Source: Clostridia bacterium (GTDB lineage: Bacteria; Bacillota; Clostridia; UBA1381). From it: a stretch of DNA of 64,000 nucleotides. Each line of letters opens with the position of its first letter. Positions within the stretch are counted from its first letter, which is position 1. The stretch lies in the NCBI GenBank assembly GCA_036307445.1, contig JAXJXP010000029.1, forward strand, positions 580 to 64,579, read 5' to 3'. A program made the position numbers and the translations under genes. Shown here piece after piece: positions 55,385 through 64,000 of the stretch. The notes under the pieces are model-generated. The model was given only the letters and a program-made list of their open reading frames with translations. It was not told the origin of the DNA and did not search any database.

Positions 55385-56233
55385 ATGGTACAAATTATTA
55401 CAGATTCAGCAGCAGATTTTGAGCCGCACGAGCTTGAAAAATTAAATATAATTTGCGTTCCTATGAGCATAACCTTTGGTGAAAAGGATTACCGAGAAAA
55501 CGAAAATATTACCAAAGCTGAGTTTTATGAGCTTTTAGTGTCAAGTGAAGAATTCCCAAAAACATCACAGCCATCGCCTATGGAGTTAGAGGAGCACTTA
55601 TGCAAATTCAAAGCATTGGGCGACGAATGTGTTATTATAACAATCTCTTCGGCATTAAGCGGAACTTATCAATCAACCGTTCTTGTAAAGGATATGGTAG
55701 AATACGACTCGTGCTATGTTATAGACAGTCTTAACGCAACTGCAGGACAGCGTATACTTGTAGAGCACGCCGCAAAACTCAGAGACGAGGGTAAATCAGC
55801 AAAGGAAATTGCAAATTGTCTTGAACAATTAAAGGGGAAAATCAGGCTAATGGCGTGCGTGGACACCTTAGAGTATCTGTACAAGGGCGGCAGACTTTCC
55901 AAAGCCGCATACACAGTTGGCTCTATGGTTAATATCAAACCTATAATCCAAGTATCAGACAAGGGAAAGGTAGAGGTTTGTTCGAAAGCTCTCAGCATTC
56001 GCCAAGGTATACGCAGTATTTGCGACACCTTCACCAAAATCAATCTTGATACTTCCTACCCCATCTATGTTGTCTATTCACAAAACAGAAAGAATGCAGA
56101 AATTTTAGTAAAACATCTTCTAAGCAAAGGGTACGAAGTCCCGGAAGAAAGAATCGTAAACATAGGAGCAACAATTGGTGCACACGTCGGCACAAACGCC
56201 TGCGGCTATATCTGCATCGAAAAGGAGAATTAA
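55385..56233 (+). CDS. degV: DegV family fatty-acid-binding protein
   Basis: IITDSAADF N-terminus, SSALSGTYQS motif, and typical 282-aa size. Confidence 0.88.
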   Translation: MVQIITDSAADFEPHELEKLNIICVPMSITFGEKDYRENENITKAEFYELLVSSEEFPKTSQPSPMELEEHLCKFKALGDECVIITISSALSGTYQSTVLVKDMVEYDSCYVIDSLNATAGQRILVEHAAKLRDEGKSAKEIANCLEQLKGKIRLMACVDTLEYLYKGGRLSKAAYTVGSMVNIKPIIQVSDKGKVEVCSKALSIRQGIRSICDTFTKINLDTSYPIYVVYSQNRKNAEILVKHLLSKGYEVPEERIVNIGATIGAHVGTNACGYICIEKEN

Positions 56234-56236
56234 GTA

Positions 56237-58006
56237 ATGGCACTTGACAGTATTGCTGTTTCAGCTCTTATAAAAGAATTAAATGCTGCTCTCATCGATG
56301 GCAGAATTGATAAAATTCATCAGCCGGAGCGTGATGAGCTTACTGTTTCTGTCCGCACTTTTTCCGACAGCTTTAAGCTTGTAATAAGCGCAAGTCCGTC
56401 AAATGCGAGAGTTCATTTTACAGATACAGGAAAGGAAAATCCCAAAACAGCACCGATGTTTTGTATGCTGCTTAGAAAGCATATTCAGGGCGGCAAAATT
56501 ATATCTGTTTCACAGCCAGATTTTGAACGTATTATCGATATAACAGTTCAAACAAGAAACGAGCTTGGGGATATTGTATTAAGGCATCTGATTGTTGAGC
56601 TTACAGGCAGAAATGCAAATATAATTCTGACCGATGAAAATAGCCGGATCATCGAGGCGGCAAGGCACATAGACTTTACTCAAAGTTCAGTAAGACAGAT
56701 TTTACCCGGTCTTACCTATCTTTCTCCGCCTCCGCAGAATAAAATACCATTCCTTGACTCAAAGAGAGATTTTGATTTAAGCTTTGACGATATCACTATA
56801 ACAGCACAATCTGCTCTTATGGCAGAAATGTCAGGTATAAGTCCTATTTTTGCAAGAGAGGTAATATATCGTGTTACAAACCGTACTGATACAATGGCGT
56901 CAACCCTATCAATTGATGACAAAAATCAAATAATTACTCTTTTGAACCATTATCGGTTAAAAGCATCAAATGGCGAGTTTTCTCCTGTTGTTATAACAGA
57001 AAAAGAAACAGGAAGAATTATTGACTTTTCACCATTTGATATTTCACAATATGAGAGCGCATGCGAAATTACATCATTTTCTAAAATGGCCGATGCAATT
57101 GAGTGCTTTTACAGCACACGAGCATCAAAGGAAAGACTAAAGCAGCGTTCAGCAGACCTTTTGAAGCTTGTCAATTCTAACTTAGAGCGTTTATCAAAAA
57201 AGCTGATTATTCAGCAAAAGACATTAAAGGATGCCGAAAACAAAGAAAAATACAGGCGTTTCGGGGACCTTATCACTTCTTCATTATATATGATTAAGCC
57301 TGGAATGACAGAGGCTCAGGTACCCGATTATTTTGAGTCTGACGCACCTACTGTCAAAATACCTCTTTCACCACAGCTTTCTCCTGCAGAAAACGCACAA
57401 AAGTATTATAAAAGATATACAAAAGCAAAAAATGCAGAAATCGAGGTAAACAAACAGCTTGAAAGCACCTTGACTGAAACCGAGTACCTGCAAAGTACAC
57501 TTTCCTTTATAGAAAACTGCACAACCTTATCTGATATCAACGCTATAAGGTTAGAACTTTTACAGGAAGGGTATATAAAATCACATACAAACAACAGAAA
57601 AAAGCAGAAAGAGTCAGGTTCAATCCCCTATCACTTTATATCCAGCGACGGCTTTGACATATATGTCGGCAAGAATAATCTGCAAAATGATTTACTTACA
57701 CTCAAGTTTGCAAACAATCAGGACATATGGTTTCATACAAAAAAAATTCACGGCTCACATACTGTCATAAAGCTTGGTCTTGATAAGCAAGTACCTAAGA
57801 ACACACTTATTGAAGCGGCACAGCTTGCCGCATATTACTCAAAAGCACGCGAATCAGGTCAGGTACCGGTTGACTATACAACCATTAAAAATGTCAAAAA
57901 ACCAAACGGTGCTAAACCCGGAATGGTCATCTACGACAACTACAACACAATATATGCTACTCCAAAGTCTCCAGAGGAACTAAATCTTAAGATGATGGAT
58001 AAGTAA
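56237..58006 (+). CDS. rqcH: NFACT-family ribosome quality control protein RqcH (FbpA-like)
   Basis: NFACT-N (IDKIHQPERDELT), a coiled-coil middle region, and NFACT-R (DIWFHTKKIHGSHTVI). Confidence 0.85.
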   Translation: MALDSIAVSALIKELNAALIDGRIDKIHQPERDELTVSVRTFSDSFKLVISASPSNARVHFTDTGKENPKTAPMFCMLLRKHIQGGKIISVSQPDFERIIDITVQTRNELGDIVLRHLIVELTGRNANIILTDENSRIIEAARHIDFTQSSVRQILPGLTYLSPPPQNKIPFLDSKRDFDLSFDDITITAQSALMAEMSGISPIFAREVIYRVTNRTDTMASTLSIDDKNQIITLLNHYRLKASNGEFSPVVITEKETGRIIDFSPFDISQYESACEITSFSKMADAIECFYSTRASKERLKQRSADLLKLVNSNLERLSKKLIIQQKTLKDAENKEKYRRFGDLITSSLYMIKPGMTEAQVPDYFESDAPTVKIPLSPQLSPAENAQKYYKRYTKAKNAEIEVNKQLESTLTETEYLQSTLSFIENCTTLSDINAIRLELLQEGYIKSHTNNRKKQKESGSIPYHFISSDGFDIYVGKNNLQNDLLTLKFANNQDIWFHTKKIHGSHTVIKLGLDKQVPKNTLIEAAQLAAYYSKARESGQVPVDYTTIKNVKKPNGAKPGMVIYDNYNTIYATPKSPEELNLKMMDK

Positions 58007-58138
58007 TCTTCGTTAAATTCCACAAATTCCGACAGTATGTACTGTTGTTTTTGTGGAATTTGCTTATCAGAGTATTGACAAATTATTATGATAATGGTAT
58101 GATATAAATATCATATTATGAGTATTCGGAGCTGAAGA

Positions 58139-58747
58139 ATGGATAAGCTTAATGAACAGGAACTCTGCAGACTTTCTGACGAGGAAGTAGCAACACTTGC
58201 AGCAAATGGCAGTAAAGTCGCAGCAGACCACCTTATCGCACGTTACCGCAATTATGTTTATAAATGTGCATCATCTTACTTTGTAAACGGTGGAGATAAA
58301 GAGGACATTGTTCAGGAGGGTATGATTGGCCTTTACAAAGCTATCCGAGATTTCAACTCCGACATTTCGTGCTGTTTTTCTGTTTTTGCGGCAACCTGTA
58401 TTAAAAGGCAGATTATATCTGCTGTCAAAGCATCTACCCGTAAAAAGCACCTGCCACTTAATTCCTATATATCTCTTTCGGACACGGAATCGGAACACGA
58501 AAGTGCAGCACCTGAGATTAACGAGCCGTTATCGGTTATACTCGATAAAGAGTACAAAAGACGTGTTTCTGTTAAAATCAGCAAAAAGCTCAGCAAGCTG
58601 GAGTTAAAGGTTCTTTATTGCTATTTGGACGGAATGAGTTATCAAGATATAGCCAATTTAATTGGTAAAAATACCAAGGCTGTTGATAACGCAATATCAA
58701 GGATCAAAAAGAAGCTGTTATTCCTTCTTGGCAAGGATGACGAATAA
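58139..58747 (+). CDS. sigH: Sporulation-initiation sigma factor SigH
   Basis: Sigma-70 regions 2 and 4 with SigH-typical sequence (DHLIARYRNYVYKCASSYF...DKEDIVQEGMIGLYKAIRDF...FAATCIKRQIISAVK). A TTGACA-N17-TATGAT promoter lies upstream. Confidence 0.85.
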   Translation: MDKLNEQELCRLSDEEVATLAANGSKVAADHLIARYRNYVYKCASSYFVNGGDKEDIVQEGMIGLYKAIRDFNSDISCCFSVFAATCIKRQIISAVKASTRKKHLPLNSYISLSDTESEHESAAPEINEPLSVILDKEYKRRVSVKISKKLSKLELKVLYCYLDGMSYQDIANLIGKNTKAVDNAISRIKKKLLFLLGKDDE

Positions 58748-58846
58748 ATCTGTCTGTAGCTTAAGTAAAGCAGGTGGTACGATATGGGTGCAAGTCCCAT
58801 CAGGCAGGAAGAAAATATTATAAATAAATCAAAGTGAGGGAAAAAT

Positions 58847-59113
58847 ATGTACGAAGATAAGACACTTGTTTGTAAAGATTGCGGAAACGAATTTGTCTTT
58901 ACAGCAGGCGAACAGGAGTTCTATGCAGAGAAAGGTTTCCAGAATGAACCAATGCGTTGTAAAGATTGCCGCCAGGCTCGCAAGAACTCACAAAGACAAA
59001 GAGAATTTTATGAAATTGTTTGCGCTGATTGCGGAAAGGTTGACAAGGTTCCGTTCTTACCCAAGAATGATAAGCCTGTATACTGCAGTGAGTGCTTTGA
59101 AAACCATAAGTAA
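58847..59113 (+). CDS. Zinc-ribbon protein (repeated CxxC pairs)
   Basis: CKDCGNEF...CKDCRQ and CADCGK...CSECF pairs. GTGAGGGA SD upstream. Confidence 0.7.
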   Translation: MYEDKTLVCKDCGNEFVFTAGEQEFYAEKGFQNEPMRCKDCRQARKNSQRQREFYEIVCADCGKVDKVPFLPKNDKPVYCSECFENHK

Positions 59114-59228
59114 TATCCCTGCTTTGATTTGAGAATGGGATAGGTATTATATCTTTAGTACCACCGGATAATAGTACATAGCTTTTATATTAAAAGGCAG
59201 AACGACGTGTGCGTTCTGCCTTTTAGTT

Positions 59229-60743
59229 TTACATTGTAGGAATTATAAGCCTTTTGCCCTTTTCCACAGGAAGACCTTCATCAATATTATTAAGCTCTGC
59301 TACCATCGTTGGATCTGTTTTATATTCCTTTGCAATTTCCCATACACTTTCTCCGCCCTTTGCAAAAAAGATTATTAGCTGATTTGTTCCGGTTTCTTCT
59401 CCTCGTTCGATTTCTCTTATCATATTTATATCCTTTTCCATCCTGTTACTTGTATTAAATTCAACAGCAGCACGGATTTCAACATCTCCGGCACCTGTTA
59501 GAGTATAGCTTATATGTTCGCACTCAGCGGTTATCATTAGCTCCCCCGCTTCCTTTATATCAAAGGTATGCATAACAGGTATCTCTGCTTTTCTGCAGCA
59601 AACAGGGTTTTCGCTGTTGTCTGAAAGGTAAAGCACAGATACATCCAAGACACTGTTTGCTGTTACAGTGTTGTCATTCTTTTCGGTAGATACAATACGC
59701 GGTTTAGCAACAACATTATATACTGTCGCAATTTGCGGCATACGCGAATCGGCTGTTATAACCTCTCTAATGCTTTTTACAGCTGACGGCAATGTAATAA
59801 TTCTTTCTGTTTTAATCACATCGCTGTTGCACTTAGTTTCTGCACCAAAGCAGTAGCAATCGCAAAGACAGCAAATCCTTTCATCACGTCTTACCATAAT
59901 TTCTGCACGGACAAGAATTTCTATGTTAATATAATTTTCTCCGTTAGAGCCAGTTCCTTTCTGGCAACTTTTTTCTACAATTACGCAGCCTACCTCAACA
60001 CTATCTGTTTCCTCAATCCCTGAAACCTCAAATACCTCTGTAAAAGGAAACCTTGCATCAGTATTCTTTATACTATTATTTTCATCACAGTAAAGTACTG
60101 TTACCGCGACTATTCCCTTTACAATTACTTTATTTCCGGCAATACGCACTTCTTTGTCAGTAACAGATGCGTCACACTTTATTACCTCAAGATTTTGACA
60201 ATTCCCCAATTCAAGCTGTTCTTTTATTAAAAATTCACATTCGTCGTTTGTCAGCATTCGATAAAGATTGACTTCGTTACATTTATACGCAGCATCTGTA
60301 GAATTTACCGAAGTTATGTACTCAATTTCTCTGTTTTCAAATAACTCACAGTCCACAGAAACTATTGCCTTTAATGAAATCTTTCTTGAATTTATAAGAT
60401 TTATATCAAGTTGTTCAATATCGCACATTAACTTAATACACATATCATCCTTTATCTCAGGAGAATCAATAATGTCATTAAATTCAAAAACTGTCGGTAA
60501 AGTTTTAACACCACTATCTTCCCCGTCAGGCAGGTATATTACATCAGCAAAAACCTTACCCTCAAAGCTTATTCTGCCGTTTGTCAGAGTTTTTTTGACA
60601 ATCGAACAGGTTGCATCAACATGCAGTATTTTCAAAATGTCCGGATTTCTATCCGGTACTATCACATTACATTCACTGTTACATCTCATACTCCGCTCAA
60701 GCACACGAGCCGATGCAGTAATCTGCTCTCTAACCACTTCCAT
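59229..60743 (-). CDS. sipL: DUF3794-repeat protein with C-terminal LysM domain (SipL-like spore morphogenetic protein)
   Basis: C-terminal LysM (GGESVWEIAKEYKTDPTMVAELNNI...GKRLIIP). The size and architecture resemble clostridial SipL. Assignment is by architecture only. Confidence 0.6.
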   Translation of the reverse strand: MEVVREQITASARVLERSMRCNSECNVIVPDRNPDILKILHVDATCSIVKKTLTNGRISFEGKVFADVIYLPDGEDSGVKTLPTVFEFNDIIDSPEIKDDMCIKLMCDIEQLDINLINSRKISLKAIVSVDCELFENREIEYITSVNSTDAAYKCNEVNLYRMLTNDECEFLIKEQLELGNCQNLEVIKCDASVTDKEVRIAGNKVIVKGIVAVTVLYCDENNSIKNTDARFPFTEVFEVSGIEETDSVEVGCVIVEKSCQKGTGSNGENYINIEILVRAEIMVRRDERICCLCDCYCFGAETKCNSDVIKTERIITLPSAVKSIREVITADSRMPQIATVYNVVAKPRIVSTEKNDNTVTANSVLDVSVLYLSDNSENPVCCRKAEIPVMHTFDIKEAGELMITAECEHISYTLTGAGDVEIRAAVEFNTSNRMEKDINMIREIERGEETGTNQLIIFFAKGGESVWEIAKEYKTDPTMVAELNNIDEGLPVEKGKRLIIPTM

Positions 60744-60827
60744 TTTCTCTTCAATCCTCCAAATTTGTATATTAAGAAAAGCTCTCTCACAGTAATACTA
60801 TGAGAGAGCCTAAAAAATTATTCTATA

Positions 60828-62309
60828 TTATTTTATTATTTCAAGCCACTTTGCATAAGCATTATCCCATGCTTGTGAATCCTCTGGCTCATACCTTGCA
60901 ATATCAAAGGAATTTTTAACAACCTTTCTTCCTTCATTAAGATCTGAAATTGCACCGACTGCCATTGCCTGAACAAGAACATTGCCTATACTTGTCGCCT
61001 CAACCGGACCTGCTTCAACAACTCGCTTAGTAGCATTTGCGGTAAAGCGGCAAATCATCTTGTCCTTAATGCCACCGCCAACAATATGAACACTGTTGTA
61101 CTTTTTACCATTAACAGCCTCCATACCCTCAATTGTCTGACGGTACTTAAATGCAAGGCTTTCTGCGATACAACGAACAATTTCGCCCTTTGTTTCAGGA
61201 ACCTTCTGTCCTGTCTTTTCGCAGTATTCACGGATTCTTCTGGGCATATTACCAGGTGTCTGAAATGCCGGATAGTCAGGGTCAATAAGACTTGCAAACG
61301 GTGTAGCCTCATTAGCCTGTTTTTCTAGCTCGTCAAAGCTCAAAAGCTCGCCTTCTCTATCCCACTGTCTGCGTGATTCCTGAATGAGCCACAAGCCCAT
61401 TATGCTCTTAAGGAAACGGATTGTCTTATTAACTCCACCCTCATTTGTATAGTTGTAGTTAAGCGCATCCTCCGAAACATTAGGTGTGTCAAGCTCTACA
61501 CCCATCAATGACCATGTTCCGCTCGAAATATAGATAAAATCCTTTTCATCAAGAACAGGTACAGATGCAACTGCTGAGCCTGTATCGTGTGATGCAACCG
61601 CAATTACAGGCACTTCTGCAATGCCAAGCTCTTCTGCAAGCTCTGGCTTAACAGTACCGACAACCTCTCCAGGATATACCATTTCAGGAAAAATATCAGT
61701 AGGTATGTCAAATTTTTCAAGCAAATCCTTTGCCCAAGTATGTGTTCTCGAATCGAACATCTGTGATGTCGATGCAATTGTGTACTCAACCTTTTTCTTA
61801 CCTGTCAAGAAGAAATTGAAAAGGTCCGGCATAAAGAGCATTGTTTTAGCATTTTCCAAAGTTACATCATTAGAAATCTTAGCAGACAAAAGCTGGAACA
61901 GAGTATTGAACCAGTTAAATGCAATTCCTGTTTCTGCATAAATCTCTTCTTTTGGTACAACTGCAAATGCTTTATCGTACATTCCGTCTGTACGTGTATC
62001 ACGATAGTGATAAGGATTACCTAAAAGCTTGTCATTAGCATCTAAAAGACCGTAATCAACACCCCATGTATCAATGCCGATACAGTCGATATCTCTGTCG
62101 CCCGAATTTGCACATTTTAATATTCCCTGCTTAATCTCAAAGAAAAGACGAAGAACGTCCCAATGCAATGAACCGTTAATATCAACAGGGTCATTGGAAA
62201 ATCTATGCTTCTCCTCAAGTGTTATTTTTTCTCCGTCAAACGTTGCAAGCATTGCTCTGCCGCTTGATGCACCAAAGTCAAACGCCAAAAACTTATAATT
62301 CTTTTTCAT
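60828..62309 (-). CDS. rhaB: FGGY-family carbohydrate kinase, rhamnulokinase-like
   Basis: FLAFDFGASSGRAM N-terminus and FGGY C-terminal motif (VHIVGGG). Start set at MKKNYKF, after AAAGGAG. Confidence 0.7.
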   Translation of the reverse strand: MKKNYKFLAFDFGASSGRAMLATFDGEKITLEEKHRFSNDPVDINGSLHWDVLRLFFEIKQGILKCANSGDRDIDCIGIDTWGVDYGLLDANDKLLGNPYHYRDTRTDGMYDKAFAVVPKEEIYAETGIAFNWFNTLFQLLSAKISNDVTLENAKTMLFMPDLFNFFLTGKKKVEYTIASTSQMFDSRTHTWAKDLLEKFDIPTDIFPEMVYPGEVVGTVKPELAEELGIAEVPVIAVASHDTGSAVASVPVLDEKDFIYISSGTWSLMGVELDTPNVSEDALNYNYTNEGGVNKTIRFLKSIMGLWLIQESRRQWDREGELLSFDELEKQANEATPFASLIDPDYPAFQTPGNMPRRIREYCEKTGQKVPETKGEIVRCIAESLAFKYRQTIEGMEAVNGKKYNSVHIVGGGIKDKMICRFTANATKRVVEAGPVEATSIGNVLVQAMAVGAISDLNEGRKVVKNSFDIARYEPEDSQAWDNAYAKWLEIIK

Positions 62310-62442
62310 AGCATAAGCTCCTTTATGTATATTACTATAATTATACAAAACTTAGTTTGTTCTGTCAATAATGACTTGAAAAATTATCCGAAATAATATA
62401 TAATAAAATCAAAAAAGAAATTATAAGGGACGGATTAGATTT

Positions 62443-62703
62443 ATGGCAAAGTTTTCATTTACACCAAGAGGTGTTTGTTCGGCACAAATTGATTTTGAAA
62501 TTGAGGATGGAATTGTTCACAACGTGCAATTTACCCGCGGTTGCAGCGGCAATACACAAGGCGTTGCCAAGCTATGTGAAGGCAGAGAAGCTAAAGAGCT
62601 GATTTCTCTTTTAAAAGGAACTGATTGTAATATGCGCGGCACCTCCTGCCCCGACCAGCTTGCTAAGGCTTTGGAATTAGGTTTAGCTGAGCTGAATAAA
62701 TAA
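62443..62703 (+). CDS. TSCPD-domain small protein (TIGR03905-like, uncharacterised)
   Basis: GVCSAQIDFEIEDGIVHNVQFTRGCSGNTQGVAKL...GTSCPDQLAKAL pattern. Confidence 0.6.
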   Translation: MAKFSFTPRGVCSAQIDFEIEDGIVHNVQFTRGCSGNTQGVAKLCEGREAKELISLLKGTDCNMRGTSCPDQLAKALELGLAELNK

Positions 62704-62789
62704 TATAAAAGGAGTATTTCTTTAACGCACTCGTTTTTCCGCCTGAACAATTATTAATAAATTTTATTTCTTTTTCCAAAATTTATATT

Positions 62790-62818
62790 GAATACAAATA
62801 TCAAAACAGCACAAAATA
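62790..62818 (+). promoter_or_regulatory. Possible forespore (sigma-G/F-type) promoter of the SASP gene
   Basis: GAATA-N17-CAAAATA lies about 70 nt upstream of the ssp start. It resembles the GNATR-N17/18-CATNNTA class. The match is weak. Confidence 0.35.
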
Positions 62819-62887
62819 CCTGTGTAGTCGACAGAAATCGATTATAAATAAGCACGGCGAAAGTGCAAAAATTTTGGAGGAAGAAAA

Positions 62888-63079
62888 ATGAGTAAGTCAA
62901 AGATTGTTGTCCCCGAGGCAAAGAAGGCAATGGAAAATTTCAAAATGGAAGCCGCTAATGAAGTTGGGGTAAATTTGAAGCAGGGTTATAACGGAGACCT
63001 CACTTCAAGACAGGCAGGTTCAATCGGCGGACAGATGGTTAAGAAGATGATTGAAGATTACGAAAACAAGATTAAATAA
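62888..63079 (+). CDS. sspA: Alpha/beta-type small acid-soluble spore protein
   Basis: KMEAANEVGV and LTSRQAGSIGGQMVKKMIE signature motifs. GGAGGAAG SD upstream. Confidence 0.92.
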   Translation: MSKSKIVVPEAKKAMENFKMEAANEVGVNLKQGYNGDLTSRQAGSIGGQMVKKMIEDYENKIK

Positions 63080-63170
63080 GTAATCCTTTCGTAATCGGCG
63101 CATATTTTCTGTTAAGCTCACTGTAATAGATGATACTACAAGCTTGATATCAAGAAAATAGCCAGCAACG

Positions 63171-63216
63171 AAGACAGACACTTTGAAAATATTCTTTTCA
63201 AAGCGTCTGTCTTTTT
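63171..63216. terminator. Bidirectional terminator
   Basis: AGACAGAC-CTTTGAAAA...TTTTCAAAG-GTCTGTCT long stem followed by TTTTT. Confidence 0.75.
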
Positions 63217-63220
63217 GTAT

Positions 63221-63970
63221 TTATTCATAATCTACTACATTTACCCATGAAAGTAAGAATTCTCTTTCTTCAGGCTTGCCCTTGACTGACTGAGATGCAG
63301 CTACAATTGGCATCCATTTCTGTACATACTGTTTTGCAGTATCACTCTTTTTACAGAACAAATCAAGATACTTTTTTGCCACGTCTTCCTTGCCTTCAAG
63401 GCAGAAGAGAAGATATGTTCTTGCAACATCGGCTGATGCATTACCTCTTGTAACGTGCGACCAGTCGAGAATAAACATCTCTCCGTCGTTATTTATTATA
63501 ATGTTACTTGGGTTAAAGTCACCGTGGCAAACCTTGTTATGCTTAGGCATCGCATTGAGTCTTGTATGAAGCTCGTAGCGCGTTGTGGCATCAAGATCGG
63601 TCTGTGAAATCTTAGCATCCATCTTCGCCTTAAGGCTGTTAAGAGAAGGAGCGGTCATTGAATGTACCTTCATCTGCAAATCTACAAACAGCTCAAGATA
63701 TTCGTCGTACTTACCGGGATTTTCTTCCATTAGTGTAGCAAGTGTCTTACCGCTTATATAGTCAGACACAATCGCCCACTTGCCGTCAATAGTCGTTACT
63801 GCGTGAATTTTGGGAGTATTAAGACCTATTCCCTCTATTCTCGCCTGATTTAGTGCTTCATTTAAGACGTCTGCCTTAGAAAAGTCCGAGTCAAATACCT
63901 TTACAACAGTATCACCATCACGATAAATTGTCTTATTCTTTCTCTTTGCAATAATATTATCAAGTTTCAT
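63221..63970 (-). CDS. Aminoglycoside/choline-kinase-like phosphotransferase (APH family)
   Basis: Catalytic loop CHGDFNPSNIII and ILDWSHV (Brenner/DxD-like) motifs. Confidence 0.75.
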   Translation of the reverse strand: MKLDNIIAKRKNKTIYRDGDTVVKVFDSDFSKADVLNEALNQARIEGIGLNTPKIHAVTTIDGKWAIVSDYISGKTLATLMEENPGKYDEYLELFVDLQMKVHSMTAPSLNSLKAKMDAKISQTDLDATTRYELHTRLNAMPKHNKVCHGDFNPSNIIINNDGEMFILDWSHVTRGNASADVARTYLLFCLEGKEDVAKKYLDLFCKKSDTAKQYVQKWMPIVAASQSVKGKPEEREFLLSWVNVVDYE

Positions 63971-64000
63971 AGCAATTTCCTCTCTCTCACAGATTTTCAG

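Noticed and set aside
1-64000. A search for a mobile element, prophage, CRISPR array, toxin-antitoxin pair or defence island.
   Set aside because: I saw no integrase, transposase, recombinase, Cas gene, regularly spaced repeats, restriction/modification genes, or nuclease/helicase/NTPase pairs of unknown function. The only repeat of note is the 57-bp tRNA-Lys duplication, reported as a finding.

Overview
This is a low-GC, gene-dense chromosomal window from a Firmicutes/Clostridia genome. Gene content (spoVAD/spoVAE, sigH, an alpha/beta SASP, a SipL-like LysM protein, a CwlD-like amidase, a bile-salt hydrolase, SLH domains) suggests a spore-forming gut anaerobe of the Ruminococcus/Oscillospiraceae type; that placement is inference only. 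I support about 60 CDS, one tRNA, and several terminators, promoters and operator-like sites.

Most of the window is housekeeping:
- prsA-like, mfd, pth, ribF, truB, alaS
- a WalRK-like two-component system with YycH/YycI-like accessory genes
- serA, serC
- murD, three M42 peptidases, hisS, aspS, ppa
- potABCD
- a Fur-family regulator with reverse rubrerythrin, ferritin and rubredoxin
- pgm, pyruvate formate-lyase, ricT, degV, rqcH

I found no transposase, integrase, CRISPR array, toxin-antitoxin pair or recognisable defence gene. I cannot point to a clear-cut novel multi-gene system.

The observations most worth a second look:
1. Pyruvate formate-lyase is naturally split into a 695-aa catalytic core, an interposed 58-aa four-Cys ORF, and a separately translated 78-aa glycyl-radical (GrcA-like) domain. 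No activase is nearby.
2. A conserved but uncharacterised NifU-like + GGGtGRT gene pair sits divergent from an operon that carries a perfect Fur box.
3. A perfect 57-bp direct repeat consists of the tRNA-Lys 3' end plus its terminator, resembling an att-site scar.
4. A blaI / blaR1-like (M56 fused to M23 peptidase) / SLH-protein module.
5. Several structured leaders or orphan promoter-terminator units upstream of potA, upstream of a SulP transporter, and next to a zinc-ribbon gene.

All functional calls come from reading motifs in the translated ORFs by eye. No database search was run.
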